The notes beneath the pieces were generated by a model that ran no database searches, was not told the DNA's origin, and saw only the letters and a list, made by a program, of their open reading frames with translations. The position numbers and the translations under genes were made by a program. A DNA stretch of 64,000 nt from Eledone cirrhosa (Eukaryota). This document shows positions 39,239-52,300 of this stretch, one piece after another. Location: assembly GCA_964016885.1 (NCBI GenBank), contig OZ024754.1:16864001-16928000 (forward strand), written 5' to 3'. Numbering within the stretch: the first letter of the stretch is position 1; the number at the start of each line of letters is the position of its first letter.

Positions 39239-42200
39239 AGGAGCAGTTTAGGTATGATACATTTTATTACTAATTATATCTAAATGTTTCTTCTCTCTTC
39301 ATAATGTATTTTTAACTCTGATACTGGTTCAGTCTAGTTCAACCGGATTGGTCTGTCCCAGTCATTCATTGAGCAACATCGGTGAGGTTGGCACCCTTAA
39401 CTCACGGTTGGGTGTGGATGCATTCATGTATATGTGTGTGTCCGCATGTATCTGTGTGTATATATATATATATATACACAGTATAGACATCTGGACTATA
39501 TATATATATATATATATACGATATTAATAAATGGAAACTATATTTATAAAACCATATTTATTTCATTATACATATTTCAGGGATACCAAATTAAAATATG
39601 GTATGCCTTCATCAGACAAAATACAATATATAAACAGTTTTATAAATAATTTTGACGTACCCTATTAAATGCAACCATTATTTTTGGAAGCTGTCTGGAT
39701 AGTGAAATGTTTATATTATTTTATTAGTTATAGTGTTAAGCACAATTAGAAAAAGACGGAGAGAAAGAAAGAAAAAAAAAAAAGACGGAGAGAGAGAAGG
39801 AGAGAGAAAGAAGGAGAGAGAGAAAAAAAGGAGAGAGAGAAACATATATATATATACAGTATAGACATCTGGACTATATATATATATATATATACAGTAT
39901 AGACATCTGGAATATATATATATACAGTATAGATCTCTGGACTAAATATATACAGTGTAGACATCTGGACTAAATATATACTTTTGGCTTCTAGATCTTT
40001 TTCAGCCACACCCTGATTATCAGAATTCAAGTATATCACTAAAATAAGCTAAACTTGATTTAATATTTGGTCTTCAACAATCTAGGCTTTATTTTAAAAC
40101 TATATTTGTCTGACTCAGACTTGAGATACTAACAGAATATTCTAAATCATTAAGTGCAGATGTTTTTATCTAAGAATTGTTTATTATAATGTCTCTTGAT
40201 TAACTAAATTTGTTGCAAGTACAAAGAACATTCATGGAATACATCTTTGTTCTTTCATCAAAACAATTTATGAATTAACCTAACAATCAGCCATTGTTTT
40301 AAATGATCTTATTTGAATAGTTTATGGTAGAATATATAGTTAGAATTTAGTATATTACTAGTTTTCCACTGCAATCAATATTTCTGTTGGACTCACTAAC
40401 CCTTTTCATGATGGTGTATTCTACTTGAGTGCACCATAGCACATAAATCTTTCAACTTTTATTCATATCATTGATTTGTTTCACTGGCATTCATTTTTGT
40501 TTTTATGAACCATTTCCATTATTCTTGTTTTCCTTTCTTTTCTCTTCTTCTTTCTCTCACCTTTGTTTTTGTTTTATATTGTTAAATGAAATAAATCAGG
40601 ATGTAATGAGAATTGAAACATGTCTAATTATTTCATTGCCATCATTAATGGACTTTCAGATAATTATCTACGCTAGATGGTTTATTGTAGTTTAACAATT
40701 TATGTAATGCTAACTTTAGTCTAACCCTTCTGGTATGCTTTTGTCAGTGAACTATTTTGAGTTTCTGAAAGAGATAATGTGTGTGCAACCACATATGTGT
40801 GTGTGTGTATCTGCTTTGTATTGGCAGTCGTGAGAAACAGTACTCAGTACCTGTACTATAGTAGAGATGAAAGTTTGAGTCTTGTTACTCTGGGATTTGA
40901 CCTGTGTACTCACTTGGTCAGCAGATAAGATAATATCGAATCAATGAGATTTTGATATTATTTATGTTGAGAACAATACCTTAACATCAGTATGAGCGGC
41001 TAGTTATGGAGAGTTCTAGCCAGGTATGGCCAGTTTAAATGCTAAACAATCAAATTGAGAAATGTGAAAATTGTGCTGGTTCATTCATAGCTTCTCAGTT
41101 CACCATTTTTCGTCTTAGATCTTGGTGAAATCTTATATACTGTATTCTTCAAACATACTAATAGTCTTTAGTTTTCCGATTTAATTAGTGAACTTTCAAG
41201 GTGACAGATAGAAACTAATGTTGTGACCACATTTTGGTGAAATTGTGGTATTACATCAAATTATAATTCAATTAAGTGACTTTTGTGTGATAAAAAAATA
41301 TATTTGTTGACAATTTATTGATTATAAATTAGCAGTTACTGAAAAGAATACAATAAATGTAATCCATTACATGGAAAAACCAAAATAATGAGAATGATAA
41401 TAATAATAATGATGATGATGATTATGATACTATTGAGAAATAAAATGTAAAATACGAAATTTCACACTATGCCTGCATGCCAGGTTGTTGGAAAGTGTCT
41501 GAAACCCAATAACTTTAAGGTGATAATATAGGATTAAGATGCACATTTATATAATTCACATTAATATTGTTAAAGTGAGGGTGACATTGGGTATGTAAAA
41601 GTAAATCTAATATTTAAATTGCATTTGTTAAAATGAAGTTCTGGAAAAAAGACAAAAAATGTGCAAAAACAAAGAAAAAATTGATGTGATGAAGAAAATC
41701 TACATTTGTAAGATCTAAAAAAAAAAAACATAAATAAAAGATATATAATTGTTTGTTTGTCATTTCTTTCTCGTGTTTATATAATGTATAGTTATCAAAG
41801 AAAAGATGCATTAAAGTTTATCATAGATTAAATTTTATTTACTTAGTAAAAACAATTTAATAGAAAAAGAAAGAAAAAAATTTTAGATTGAGAAGAATCA
41901 TCACCATCATTGTTTAATATCTATTTTCCACACTAGCATGGGTTAGATGAAATGGAATAATAAGAAAATATAAAATAAAACCAGAAAAGGAAGGGAAAGG
42001 CAAGGGCTGTAGTGTCATGGAAGAATGAGGCGAGGAAGGGGAAGGGTGATTGGTCTCTGGGTCTAGGGCAGTAACAGGGCTGTATCAAACTAAATTGACA
42101 GAAAGCATCTGAAGAAATTTGATAAAAAGAAAATGTAGAAAATTTTCAGAAATATAAAAAAAAGTTAACATTTTTTTTTATTTTGGCAAAAATAACTTTT

Positions 42201-42613
42201 ACCATCAAATGTATTAATATATAATATTATAGAAAATTTGTTAATTTCTTTAAATGAATTGATTTGACAAGAATTTGAAAGTTTGAGTAGAATTGGAATT
42301 AGAAAACTTTTTTTCTATGTATATTTTCAAGCTAATATCCTTTGTGTGTGTGTGAGTGTGTGTACACACACATATGCACATATACACATACACAGAAGCT
42401 ATACACTTATATTGAGTGTTTTTCATTGAGTTAATTAATGTCTCCGTGAAAAACAATATTGTAGACTGTAAGTAATATAGATATCTATGTATCATCTCCA
42501 TTTAATTTCAAGATCTTTCATAATTTATGGCATATTTGCTACATGTTGTTGATATCTGTTCTGGGCTGGCTATTTGACTTCCAGCAACTTTTAGATGCAG
42601 TCCAGATGTTGAG

Positions 42614-42829
42614 TTAAAACTTTAGCATTTAAACCAGCCATATCTAGCCAGAATTCTCTCACCTCTTTTTGTTTAAACCAGCCGTAGCTGGCTACTCATA
42701 GTTATGTTAAGGTATTGTTCTCAAAATAAATGATATCAAAATTTCATAGATTCAATATTATGTGACATAAAGTGTTTACCATGAAAATATAATAGTAAAT
42801 ATAGAGTAATGTAAATGCTAAAGAGTTAA
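42614..42829. mobile_element. piggyBac-like MITE
   Basis: TTAA..CTTTAGCATTTA / TAAATGCTAAAGAG TTAA; homologs at 3310, ~40935-41046 and 45747. Confidence 0.7.
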
Positions 42830-43856
42830 TATGTGTGAAACCAGTTGTCTCTCTCTATCATGACATTCAATTTTACTTTTTTTTTTGTTTCAATATACCA
42901 AGATTCTTCTCATTTGTTCCTGGTATTTAATGTTCCTGGTATTTACTTTTTCATTTAGAAGGTTCAACTCAATGTTGTGTGTGTGTGTCTGTGTGTATAT
43001 GTTTGTGTGTATGTATGATTGTGTATATGTGAATAAGTATATGTATGTATGTTTGTGGATATGTAAATTTGTATGTGTCTATGTATGTAAATTTGTATGT
43101 CTGTTTATGTATGTTTGTGTAGTATGTGAATTTGTATATGTCTGTATGTAAATTTGTATGTATGTTTGTGTGTATGTAAATTTGTATGTCTATGTATGTT
43201 TGTATATGTAAATTTATATATGTCTATATCGTTGTATTTAAATTTGTATGTTTGTATATGCAGACAAACACATATACACATATTTGTCCAAATATGTGTT
43301 AGCATTTTACGTTATTTATCAGTTTTTCTGAACAGTGAAATAAATGAGTAAATCTTTTTTCTCCTTCATTATTTTCTTACCATATCACTCAGCTTCCACT
43401 TCTTGCTTTGACATCTAAATTGCCAATTTAAATATTAAGTTAAAAATCTTAAACTAAATTTTTCTTTTTCACTAAAATGGCAGAATATATTTTCTTTCTA
43501 AATTACAATTTTTCAATCTCTCTCTCTTTCTCTCTCTCCCACCCCCTCTGTGCCACCCTATCTCCCTCCCTCATTTCCCCCTCTTTCTCAATATATACCA
43601 CCCCCTCTCTCTCAATTTCATACTTCCCCTCTCTCTCTTTCTCTTTCAATGCTCCTCTCTCTCTCTCTTTCTCTCAATCTCTCTCCCCTTCTCCCACCCT
43701 CTCTCCCACCCCTGACTCCCCTCTCTCAATCCCTCCTCCACCTCTCTCTTTCACACACATTCAGCACAATCTATCAATAAATTGCTTCTTTTATAATTTT
43801 CTTCCTCCAGCTACTCTTATATCATCATCATCATCATCATCATCATTTCCATGCTT

Positions 43857-44460
43857 GTTATATCACCTCTCTTATATCACCTCTCTTATATCACCTCTCT
43901 TATATGACATCTGTTATATCACCTCTCTTATATCACCTCTCTTATATCACCTGTTATATCACCTCTCATATCACCTCTCTCATATCACCTCTCTCATATC
44001 ACCTCTCTCATATCAACTCTTTTATATCACCTCTCATATCACCTCTCTTATATCACCTCTCTTATATCACACCTCTTATATCACCTCTTATATCACCTCT
44101 CTTATATCACCTGTTATATCACCCCTCTCATATCACCTCTCTCATATCACCTCTCTCATATCACCTCTCTTTTATCACCTCTCTCATATCACCTCTCTTA
44201 TATCACCTCTTATATCACCTCTCTTATATCACCTGTTATATCACCTCTCTCATATCACCTCTCTTATATCACCTCTCTTATATCACCTCTATTATATCAC
44301 CTCTCTTATATCACCTCTCTTATATCACCTCTCTTATATCACCTGTTATACCACCTTTTATATCACCTCTCTTATATCACCTGTTATATCACCTCTCATA
44401 TCACCTGTTATATCACCTCTCATATCACCTCTGTTATATCACCTCGCTTATATCACCTCT
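43857..44460. repeat. Minisatellite, 12-14-bp unit TTATATCACCTCTC
   Basis: About 45 tandem units. Confidence 0.96.
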
Positions 44461-44532
44461 GTAACTTCTTCCCCTCTCTATTATAGAGCTGTATCTTCTT
44501 TCTACCTTCTTTCTGTTGGTTTTTCAAAAGGA

Positions 44533-44890
44533 TATCATCACTGTTTAATGTCCATTTTTTTCATGCTAGCATGGGTTAGATAAGTTGTCATGTTGTGAGA
44601 CAAGCCAGGTCAGATGACCACATCTTGTTCATACAGAATTGATTTTGGCTGGGTTTCTGTAGCTGGATGCCCTTCCTAATTCTAACCACAGTTACAGTGT
44701 ATACTAGATGCTTTTTGTTGTGACCCTTCACGACCACTTTACAATGTGGACTGGGCACTTTTTGTTGTGTCAACTACACGACCACTTTACAATGTGGACT
44801 GGGCACTTTTTCTTGTGTCACCTACACAACCATTTTACAATGTGGACTGGGCACTTTTTGTTGTGTCACCTACACGACTACTTTACATGT
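44533..44890 (-). mobile_element. RTE-type 3' end with ~4 tandem 48-bp units
   Basis: Tail, GGATGCCCTTCCTAA, then CACTTTACAATGTGGACTGGGCACTTTTTGTTGTG repeats. Confidence 0.85.
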
Positions 44891-45746
44891 TTAGTAAAAT
44901 TTCATCCAGTTGTTTGTTATATGAAAACTACGATGCAATTTTGCCTATTAAAATATGTGTTACTATTATAATAACAAAATTTCAGAAGATATTTCAATTC
45001 AAAATCATGAATGATTTGTTATGAAATTTACATCTGACACCAATGTAGGTTTAGCTGACCTCCAATAAGGTATATCATAGAAGCTTTCTAAGATGTTTTA
45101 ATGACAGAAGCCCCTGTCATACTGTTGTTACAGTTCAAACCTCTATAAGATTATCTTGCCTCCTACAAGGTTGTATCTGATAAGAGGTTTCTAGGGTGTT
45201 TTAATGATGGGAGCCTCAGTCATAACATGTTGGTTTAGATGGTCTCTTACAAAGTTGTGTCTCATAGGAGGTTTCTATGATATTTTAATGATGGGAGCCC
45301 CAATCCTCTCATGAAAAGTAATGTGAAATAAAGCACCTTACTCAAGAACACAACACCCCACCCAATCCAAGAATTGAATCCACAGTCTTGTGATTATTAG
45401 TCCAACAAACTAACCACTAGGCCATGTGTTGAAAGGGTTGATGGTTATTTCTTATAAAATATTGTAAATTTGATAATGAAGAGAAAATATATGTTACCAT
45501 AGTGATAATGAAGAGAAAATATCTGTTACCATAGTGAAAATGAAAAACTAAGTTTTACTTTTTTACTTACATATTTAAATTGCCAATTTACCTGTCAAGG
45601 TATGAAGTGAAACTTGAGTGATATCAAAATAATAAATATTGAACATTTTGTAAACAAAAAAAAACAACATGGAAAACAACATCTAAATATACTAAAGTAT
45701 AAACTGTACTTAATTATATATTTTACAACTGCCATTTTTAGTTTAA

Positions 45747-46046
45747 CCCTTTAGCATTCACATTACTCAATATTTACTTTTCATCCTTACGAAGTCGATA
45801 AAATAAAGTACCAGTAATGTACTGGGTAATTGCTGGCCTTGTGCCAAAAGTAGAAACAATTATATTTTCATGGTAAAGGCTTTACCTCACATAATTATCT
45901 CACATAATATCGAATCTATGAGATTTTTAAAGTATTTATTTTGAGAACAATACCTTAACTTCAGCTTGAACGCCCAGTTACAGCCAGTTTCAACAGAAAA
46001 AGGTAGAGAATTCTGGCCGGTTTTGACTGGTTTGAACATTAAAGGG
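45747..46046. mobile_element. piggyBac-like MITE containing a SINE 3' fragment
   Basis: TTAA|CCCTTTAGCATTCA ... TGAACATTAAAGGG|TTAA; SINE piece at ~45778-45865. Confidence 0.75.
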
Positions 46047-46388
46047 TTAACACAACTGATGTAGGCTTCTGGAATAACTAGAGTTACATTCAAAGCAGCA
46101 TCAAAATTTCCAATATTCTTGAAATAGTGTGTCTGCTTTTTAACAAGGAAACTTACTCTTTATAATTGTAACCAAATAAATCAATAGTAAATTTATATTT
46201 GAGGTCACTATTTTGATGATTTTCACTAACTTCAAATTCTATGGGAATAAATATCTGAAGTGATTATTTTACAATTAACACTGTTTTTCTAAATTTACAT
46301 CATCATTGGTGTTATTTATGCATTTCCTTGAAAATAATTCCAACAAATCTTTATAATTTGAACTTTTTAATATATAAATATTCCACAT

Positions 46389-46409
46389 GCGCGCGCGCGC
46401 GCGCGCGCG

Positions 46410-46488
<79 letters not shown>

Positions 46489-46497
46489 GCACACACG
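46389..46497. repeat. (GC)15(AC)n compound microsatellite
   Basis: Direct reading. Confidence 0.97.
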
Positions 46498-48000
46498 TTT
46501 TTCTCTGACTTAATACTTTTTTTTTCAATCTTGTGTAAGATTGAAATCGTACTTGTGCTTTATTGCTTTCACCCCTTCTCCCATCTCTCACTCGTTCACT
46601 TGCTGTCTCTCCCTCCTTCTACTCTGAATCCATATACAAAGTTCCCTTATTTGCTCTTTGCTTTCAAAGTACTCCTAGAATGTGAGTTTCTGTCACTTAA
46701 ATTCCACTCAATAACCAAGGCCATGCACACATATATATAATGGGCCTTTGCAGAGTGTCTGCCACACAGATTCCACTCACAAGTTATTGATTAATCAGAG
46801 ACTTTGAAAGACACTGCATAAAGTGTTATGCAGTGACATCAAACCCAGAACCATTTGGCTTGCAGAGTGAACATCTTAACCACACAGCTATACTTACTCT
46901 TTTATTGGAATATATCTTTTTGATGTATTCATTCCTGCTGCTATTTCTAACAAGATGTCACTACCAGCTTTGTTATTTTAGCAAGTCATGCATCAGATGT
47001 CTCTGTTCATGATACTATTCTCTCAGCTATTTTCTATACTTTGCACAGAATTGTGTGAAGTTTAACTGGAAACATTAATCACATCTATCAAAGATATTAT
47101 CGTGTCATATAACTATTGAGAAAAAAGAAGTATTTCATATTAAAAAGATGTGCAATATACAGTAACTTCAAATATTCACGAAGCAATTATTATGATTGGC
47201 TCTAGTTTGTCGAGGGTGTCACTATCTTTCATTTCATGTAACTAAGCTCCCTTGTTAAGAAGTGGGACGCACTATTTCAAGAACATAAGTAATTTAGATG
47301 CTGCTTTTAATTAAAGACTAGTTATTTTGAAAGTATTCATCTGTTATGTAAAACTAAAGATGGCTGCTGCAAAATAAATCGGATAAATAAAAAAAATAAC
47401 ATTTATAAATAATTATTGTATATACTATAATATATTTCCTGAATTTATGATATAAAGTTTATTTATTGATATATTAGCTTTCCTGAATGGTAATGTAATG
47501 AATGGGTAAACATTGGAATAGTTCTTCATTAATTCTAATTTATTGTCATATTCTATTGCTAAAGAGTCACTTCATACCTACCTTGGCAATCTACATTGAC
47601 AATTTAAATATTTAGTTAGAAATTTAAAATTTAGCTTTTCTTTTTCATTGTAGTAGCAGAATTTATATTTTTACTTTTTCAGAATTATAATACTTTTTAA
47701 AAAGAAATAAGTATTGAATCATCAACTACCACCATCTTCATCTAACATCTGTTTTCCCTGCTAACAAGGGTTGGATGGGTGGTCACAAACCAAGTTGTAT
47801 CTTGTTTACATATGTTCTTAGAATGTACCTAGTACACTCTGTAGAGTATATCGTGACACGAGCACCAGAGAGGTTGTCTTGTTGTTGATACAACTGAAGA
47901 GTTCTTTTGACTCTGTTTGGCATGGATGCCCTTGCTATCACCAACCATTGTAAAGAGTGTACTGTGATGATATCACTAACACTAGAGAGGTTCTAAAGTA

Positions 48001-48252
48001 GTTGGTGATAGGAAGGGCATCCAGCTGTAGAAAGCTTGCCAAACAAAGGGTTGGAAGGACTCTTCAGTTGTGTCAAAGCCCTGTCAACTTCTCCTGTGCA
48101 CTCGGTAGAATGTGGGACCATACATAAATGTGTTGCAAACTCTGGCCTGTTTGGGAAGCCAGTACCTACACTTCAATATTGACTTGGTCTATGAAGACCT
48201 GGCCAACCCTTGCTAGCAGAGAGAGCGGACATTAAACAATGATGATGATGAT
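48001..48252 (+). mobile_element. Old RTE-tail/SINE fragment
   Basis: GTTGGTGATAGGAAGGGCATCCAGCTGTAGAA ... CCCTTGCTAGCAG..GGACATTAAAC (GAT)n. Confidence 0.7.
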
Positions 48253-49314
48253 ATTTAGTGTGTTTGTATTTATATTCATTACAGATTTGCTGTATTCAGT
48301 CAAATGTTAAAATAATTATTTGTATTTCTCAGTGTAATTATGGCCTCTAGAAGCACGAATGTGCTGGTTTCATAACCTTGATAGAAGTAGTATCAGTAAA
48401 TAGTTAAGAGATAAAAGAGTTGGAGGTGTTAGAATTAATACTTTGCATTGTTCACTGAAAATATGTTATTTACTTCCTTTGTATTGGTGGCCTTAATCCA
48501 AGACTTTTTTGTTCTTAGGAAATAATGCTTTTGTTTCTCTTAAATTTACTACTGTCACATCATTTGTTTTATATGAAATGATTTTTCTATACTTAATTGT
48601 AGTATGAAGCTTTTATCTTAAGAATTGAAATGGTTGTTATTTTACTAAGAAATTAATTTAAGGTATTAACATTTTTTATACTGACCAACTGAAAACTACC
48701 TCTGGTTCTGTGAAACAAGCCCATCCTCATTCGGAAAGGTTTCTTTTTAAATTAAAATCTTCCAACATAATTTGACATAAGAACCTTTTGCTATGTTAGA
48801 AATAATAAAATAATTTATAATTTCAGTAAATCCTTGAAAATTTTTCATGAATCAATTCAAATATAGGGTATTTCATTAGAAATAATGTCATGAAAGAGTT
48901 AAAACTATTAATTTGTTGTGATAAACAGATGACCAGTATCTTCTGAATATTGTATCATGTTGTTTTATTGTCATCATTATTCAAACCTCATATTTTAACA
49001 TCCAATTTTTCATGATGGCAGCGGTTAGAGACATCTGTGCTATAATGTATCTTCATTTGTCTAGCTCCCCCTACCTTGTATCAACTGATTTATGAGACAT
49101 GCTACTCTCAGATCTGACCTTAACACTTCTCATCTTTTCCATGGCTTCTACTGCAGAAACATTTCAGTTCATGGAATGTTTTCTCACAGATATCTTCTTC
49201 AGCTACTCTGTTATTTTATTAGTTCTGACTCCAATACTGCAGATATTGGCAGTAGGCATCATCATAACGTTCACCACTGTTTAACGGCCATTTTCCCACA
49301 CATGTTGTGAGACA

Positions 49315-52300
49315 AGTGTGATACCTACACGACCACTTTACAGTGTAGGCTGGGTGCTTTTTGTTGTGATACCTACACGACCACTTTACAGTGTAGGCTG
49401 GGTGCTTTTTGTTGTGTTACCAACACGACCACTTTTCAGTGTGGGCTGGGTGCTTTTTGTTATGTTACCAACATGACCACTTTTCAGTGTGGGCTGGGTG
49501 CTTTTTGTTGTGTTACCAACATGACCACTTTACAGTGTGGGCTGGGTGCTTTTTGTTGTGTTACCAACATGACCACTTTACAGTGTGGGCTGGGTGCTTT
49601 TTGTTGTTACCAACATGACCACTTTACAGTGGGGGCTGGATGCTTTTTGTTGTTACCAACACGACCACTTTACAGTGTGGGCTGGGTGCTTTTTGTTGTG
49701 TTACCAACATAACCACTTTTCAGTGTAGGCTGGGTGCTTTTTGTTGTGTTACCAACATGACCACTTTACAGTGTGGGCTGGGTGCTTTTTGTTGTGTTAC
49801 CAACATGACCACTTTACAGTGTGGGCTGGGTGCTTTTTGTTGTGTTACCAACATGACCACTTTACAGTGTGGGCTGGGTGCTTTTTGTTGTGTTACCAAC
49901 ATGACCACTTTTCAGTGTAGGCTGGGTGCTTTTTGTTGTGTTACCAACATGACCACTTTTCAGTGTGGGCTGGGTGCTTTTTGTTGTGTTACCAACATGA
50001 CCACTTTTCAGTGTAGGCTGGGTGCTTTTTGTTGTGTTACCAACATGACCACTTTTCAGTGTGGGCTGGGTGCTTTTTGTTGTGTTACCAACATGACCAC
50101 TTTTCAGTGTAGGCTGGGTGCTTTTTGTTGTGTTACCAACATGACCACTTTTCAGTGTAGGCTGGGTGCTTTTTGTTGTGTTACCAACATGACCACTTTA
50201 CAGTGTGGGCTGGGTGCTTTTTGTTGTGTTACCAACATGACCACTTTTCAGTGTGGGCTGGGTGCTTTTTGTTGTGTTACCAACATGACTACTTTACAGT
50301 GTGGGCTGGGCACTTTTTGTTGTGTTACCAACATGACTACTTTACAGTGTGGGTTGGGTGCTTTTTGTTGTTACCAACATGACTACTTTACAGTGGGGGC
50401 TGGGTGCTTTTTGTTGTGTTACCAACATGACCACTTTACAGTGTGGGCTGGGCACTTTTTGTTGTTACCAACATGACCACTTTACAGTGTGGGCTGGCTG
50501 CTTTTTGTTGTGTTACCAACATGACCACTTTACAGTGTGGGCTAGGCACTTTTTGTTGTTACCAACATGACCACTTTACAGTGTGGGCTGGGTGCTTTTT
50601 GTTGTGTTACCAATATGACCACTTTACAGTATGGGCTGGGTGCTTTTTGTAGTGTTACCAATATGACCACTTTACAGTGTGGGCTGGGTGCTTTTTGTTG
50701 TTACCAACATGACCACTTTACAGTGTAGGCTGGGTGCTTTTTGTTGTGTTACCAACATGACAACTTTACAGTGTGGGTTGGGTGCTTATTGTTGTGTTAC
50801 CAACATGACCACTTTACAGTGTGGGCTGGGCACTTTTTGTTGTGTTACCAACATGACTACTTTACAGTGCGGGCTGGGTGCTTTTTGTTGTGTTACCAAC
50901 ATGACTACTTTACAGTGTGGGTTGGGTGCTTTTTGTTGTTACCAACATGACCACTTTACAGTGTGGGCTGGCTGCTTTTTGTTGTGTTACCAACATGACC
51001 ACTTTTCAGTGTAGGCTGGGTGCTTTTTGTTGTGTTACCAACATGACCACTTTACAGTGTGGGCTGGGTGCTTTTTGTTGTGTTACCAACATGACCACTT
51101 TTCAGTGTGGGCTGGGTGCTTTTTGTTGTGTTACCAACATAACCACTTTACAGTGTGGGCTGGGTGCTTTTTGTTGTGTTACCAACATGACTACTTTACA
51201 GTGTGGGTTGGGTGCTTTTTGTTGTGTTACCAACATGACCACTTTACAGTGTGGGTTGGGTGCTTATTGTTGTGTTACCAACATGACCACTTTACAGTGT
51301 GGGCTGGGCACTTTTTGTTGTGTTACCAACATGACTACTTTACAGTGCGGGCTGGGTGCTTTTTGTTGTGTTACCAACATGACTACTTTACAGTGTGGGT
51401 TGGGTGCTTTTTGTTGTTACCAACATGACCACTTTACAGTGTGGGTTGGGTGCTTTTTGTTGTTACCAACATGACCACTTTACAGTGTAGGCTGGGTGCT
51501 TTTTGTTGTGTTACCAACATGACCACTTTACAGTGTGGGCTGGGTGCTTTTTGTTGTGTTACCAACATGACCACTTTACAGTGGGGGCTGGATGCTTTTT
51601 GTTGTTACCAACATGACCACTTTACAGTGTGGGTTGGGTGCTTTTTGTTGTTACCAACATGACCACTTTACAGTGTAGGTTGGGTGCTTTTTGTTGTGTT
51701 ACCAACACGACCACTTTACAGTGTGGGCTGGGTGCTTTTTGTTCTGTTACCAACATGACAACTTTACAGTGTGGGCTGGGTGCTTTTCGTTGTGTTACCA
51801 ACATGACCACTTTACAGTGTGGGCTGGGTGCTTTTTGTTGTTACCAACATGACCACTTTACAGTGTGGGTTGGGCATTTTTTGTTGTTACCAACATGACC
51901 ACTTTACAGTGTGGGCTGGGCACTTTTTGTTGTTACCAACATGACCACTTTACAGTGTGGGTTGGGCACTTTTTGTTGTTACCAACATGACCACTTTACA
52001 GTGGGAGCTGGGTGCTTTTTGTTGTGTTACCAACATGACTACTTTACAGTGGGGGCTGGGCACTTTTTGTTGTTACCAACATGACCACTTTACAGTGTGG
52101 GTTGGGCACTTTTTGTTGTTACCAACATGACCACTTTACAGTGGGGGCTGGGTGCTTTTTGTTGTGTTACCAACATGACTACTTTACAGTGGGGGCTGGG
52201 TGCTTTTTGTTGTGTTACCAACATGACCACTTTACAGTGTGGGCTGGGTGCTTTTTGTTGTGTTACCAACATGACCACTTTACAGTGTGGGTTGGGCACT

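Larger units (their letters stand above)
38850..39430 (+). mobile_element. Penelope-like remnant with 170-bp inverted arms
   Basis: 38850-39019 / 39139-39308 inverted with one mismatch seen; ~120-nt 3' extension; TA flanks. Confidence 0.75.
38060..39975. repeat. Interrupted minisatellite CAGTATAGACATCTGGAC(TA)n
   Basis: Units at 38060-38170, 38808, 39479 and 39857-39975, split by insertions. Confidence 0.85.

Noticed and set aside
43477-44583. 368-aa ORF
   Set aside because: CT-rich low complexity plus a 14-bp minisatellite; no domain.
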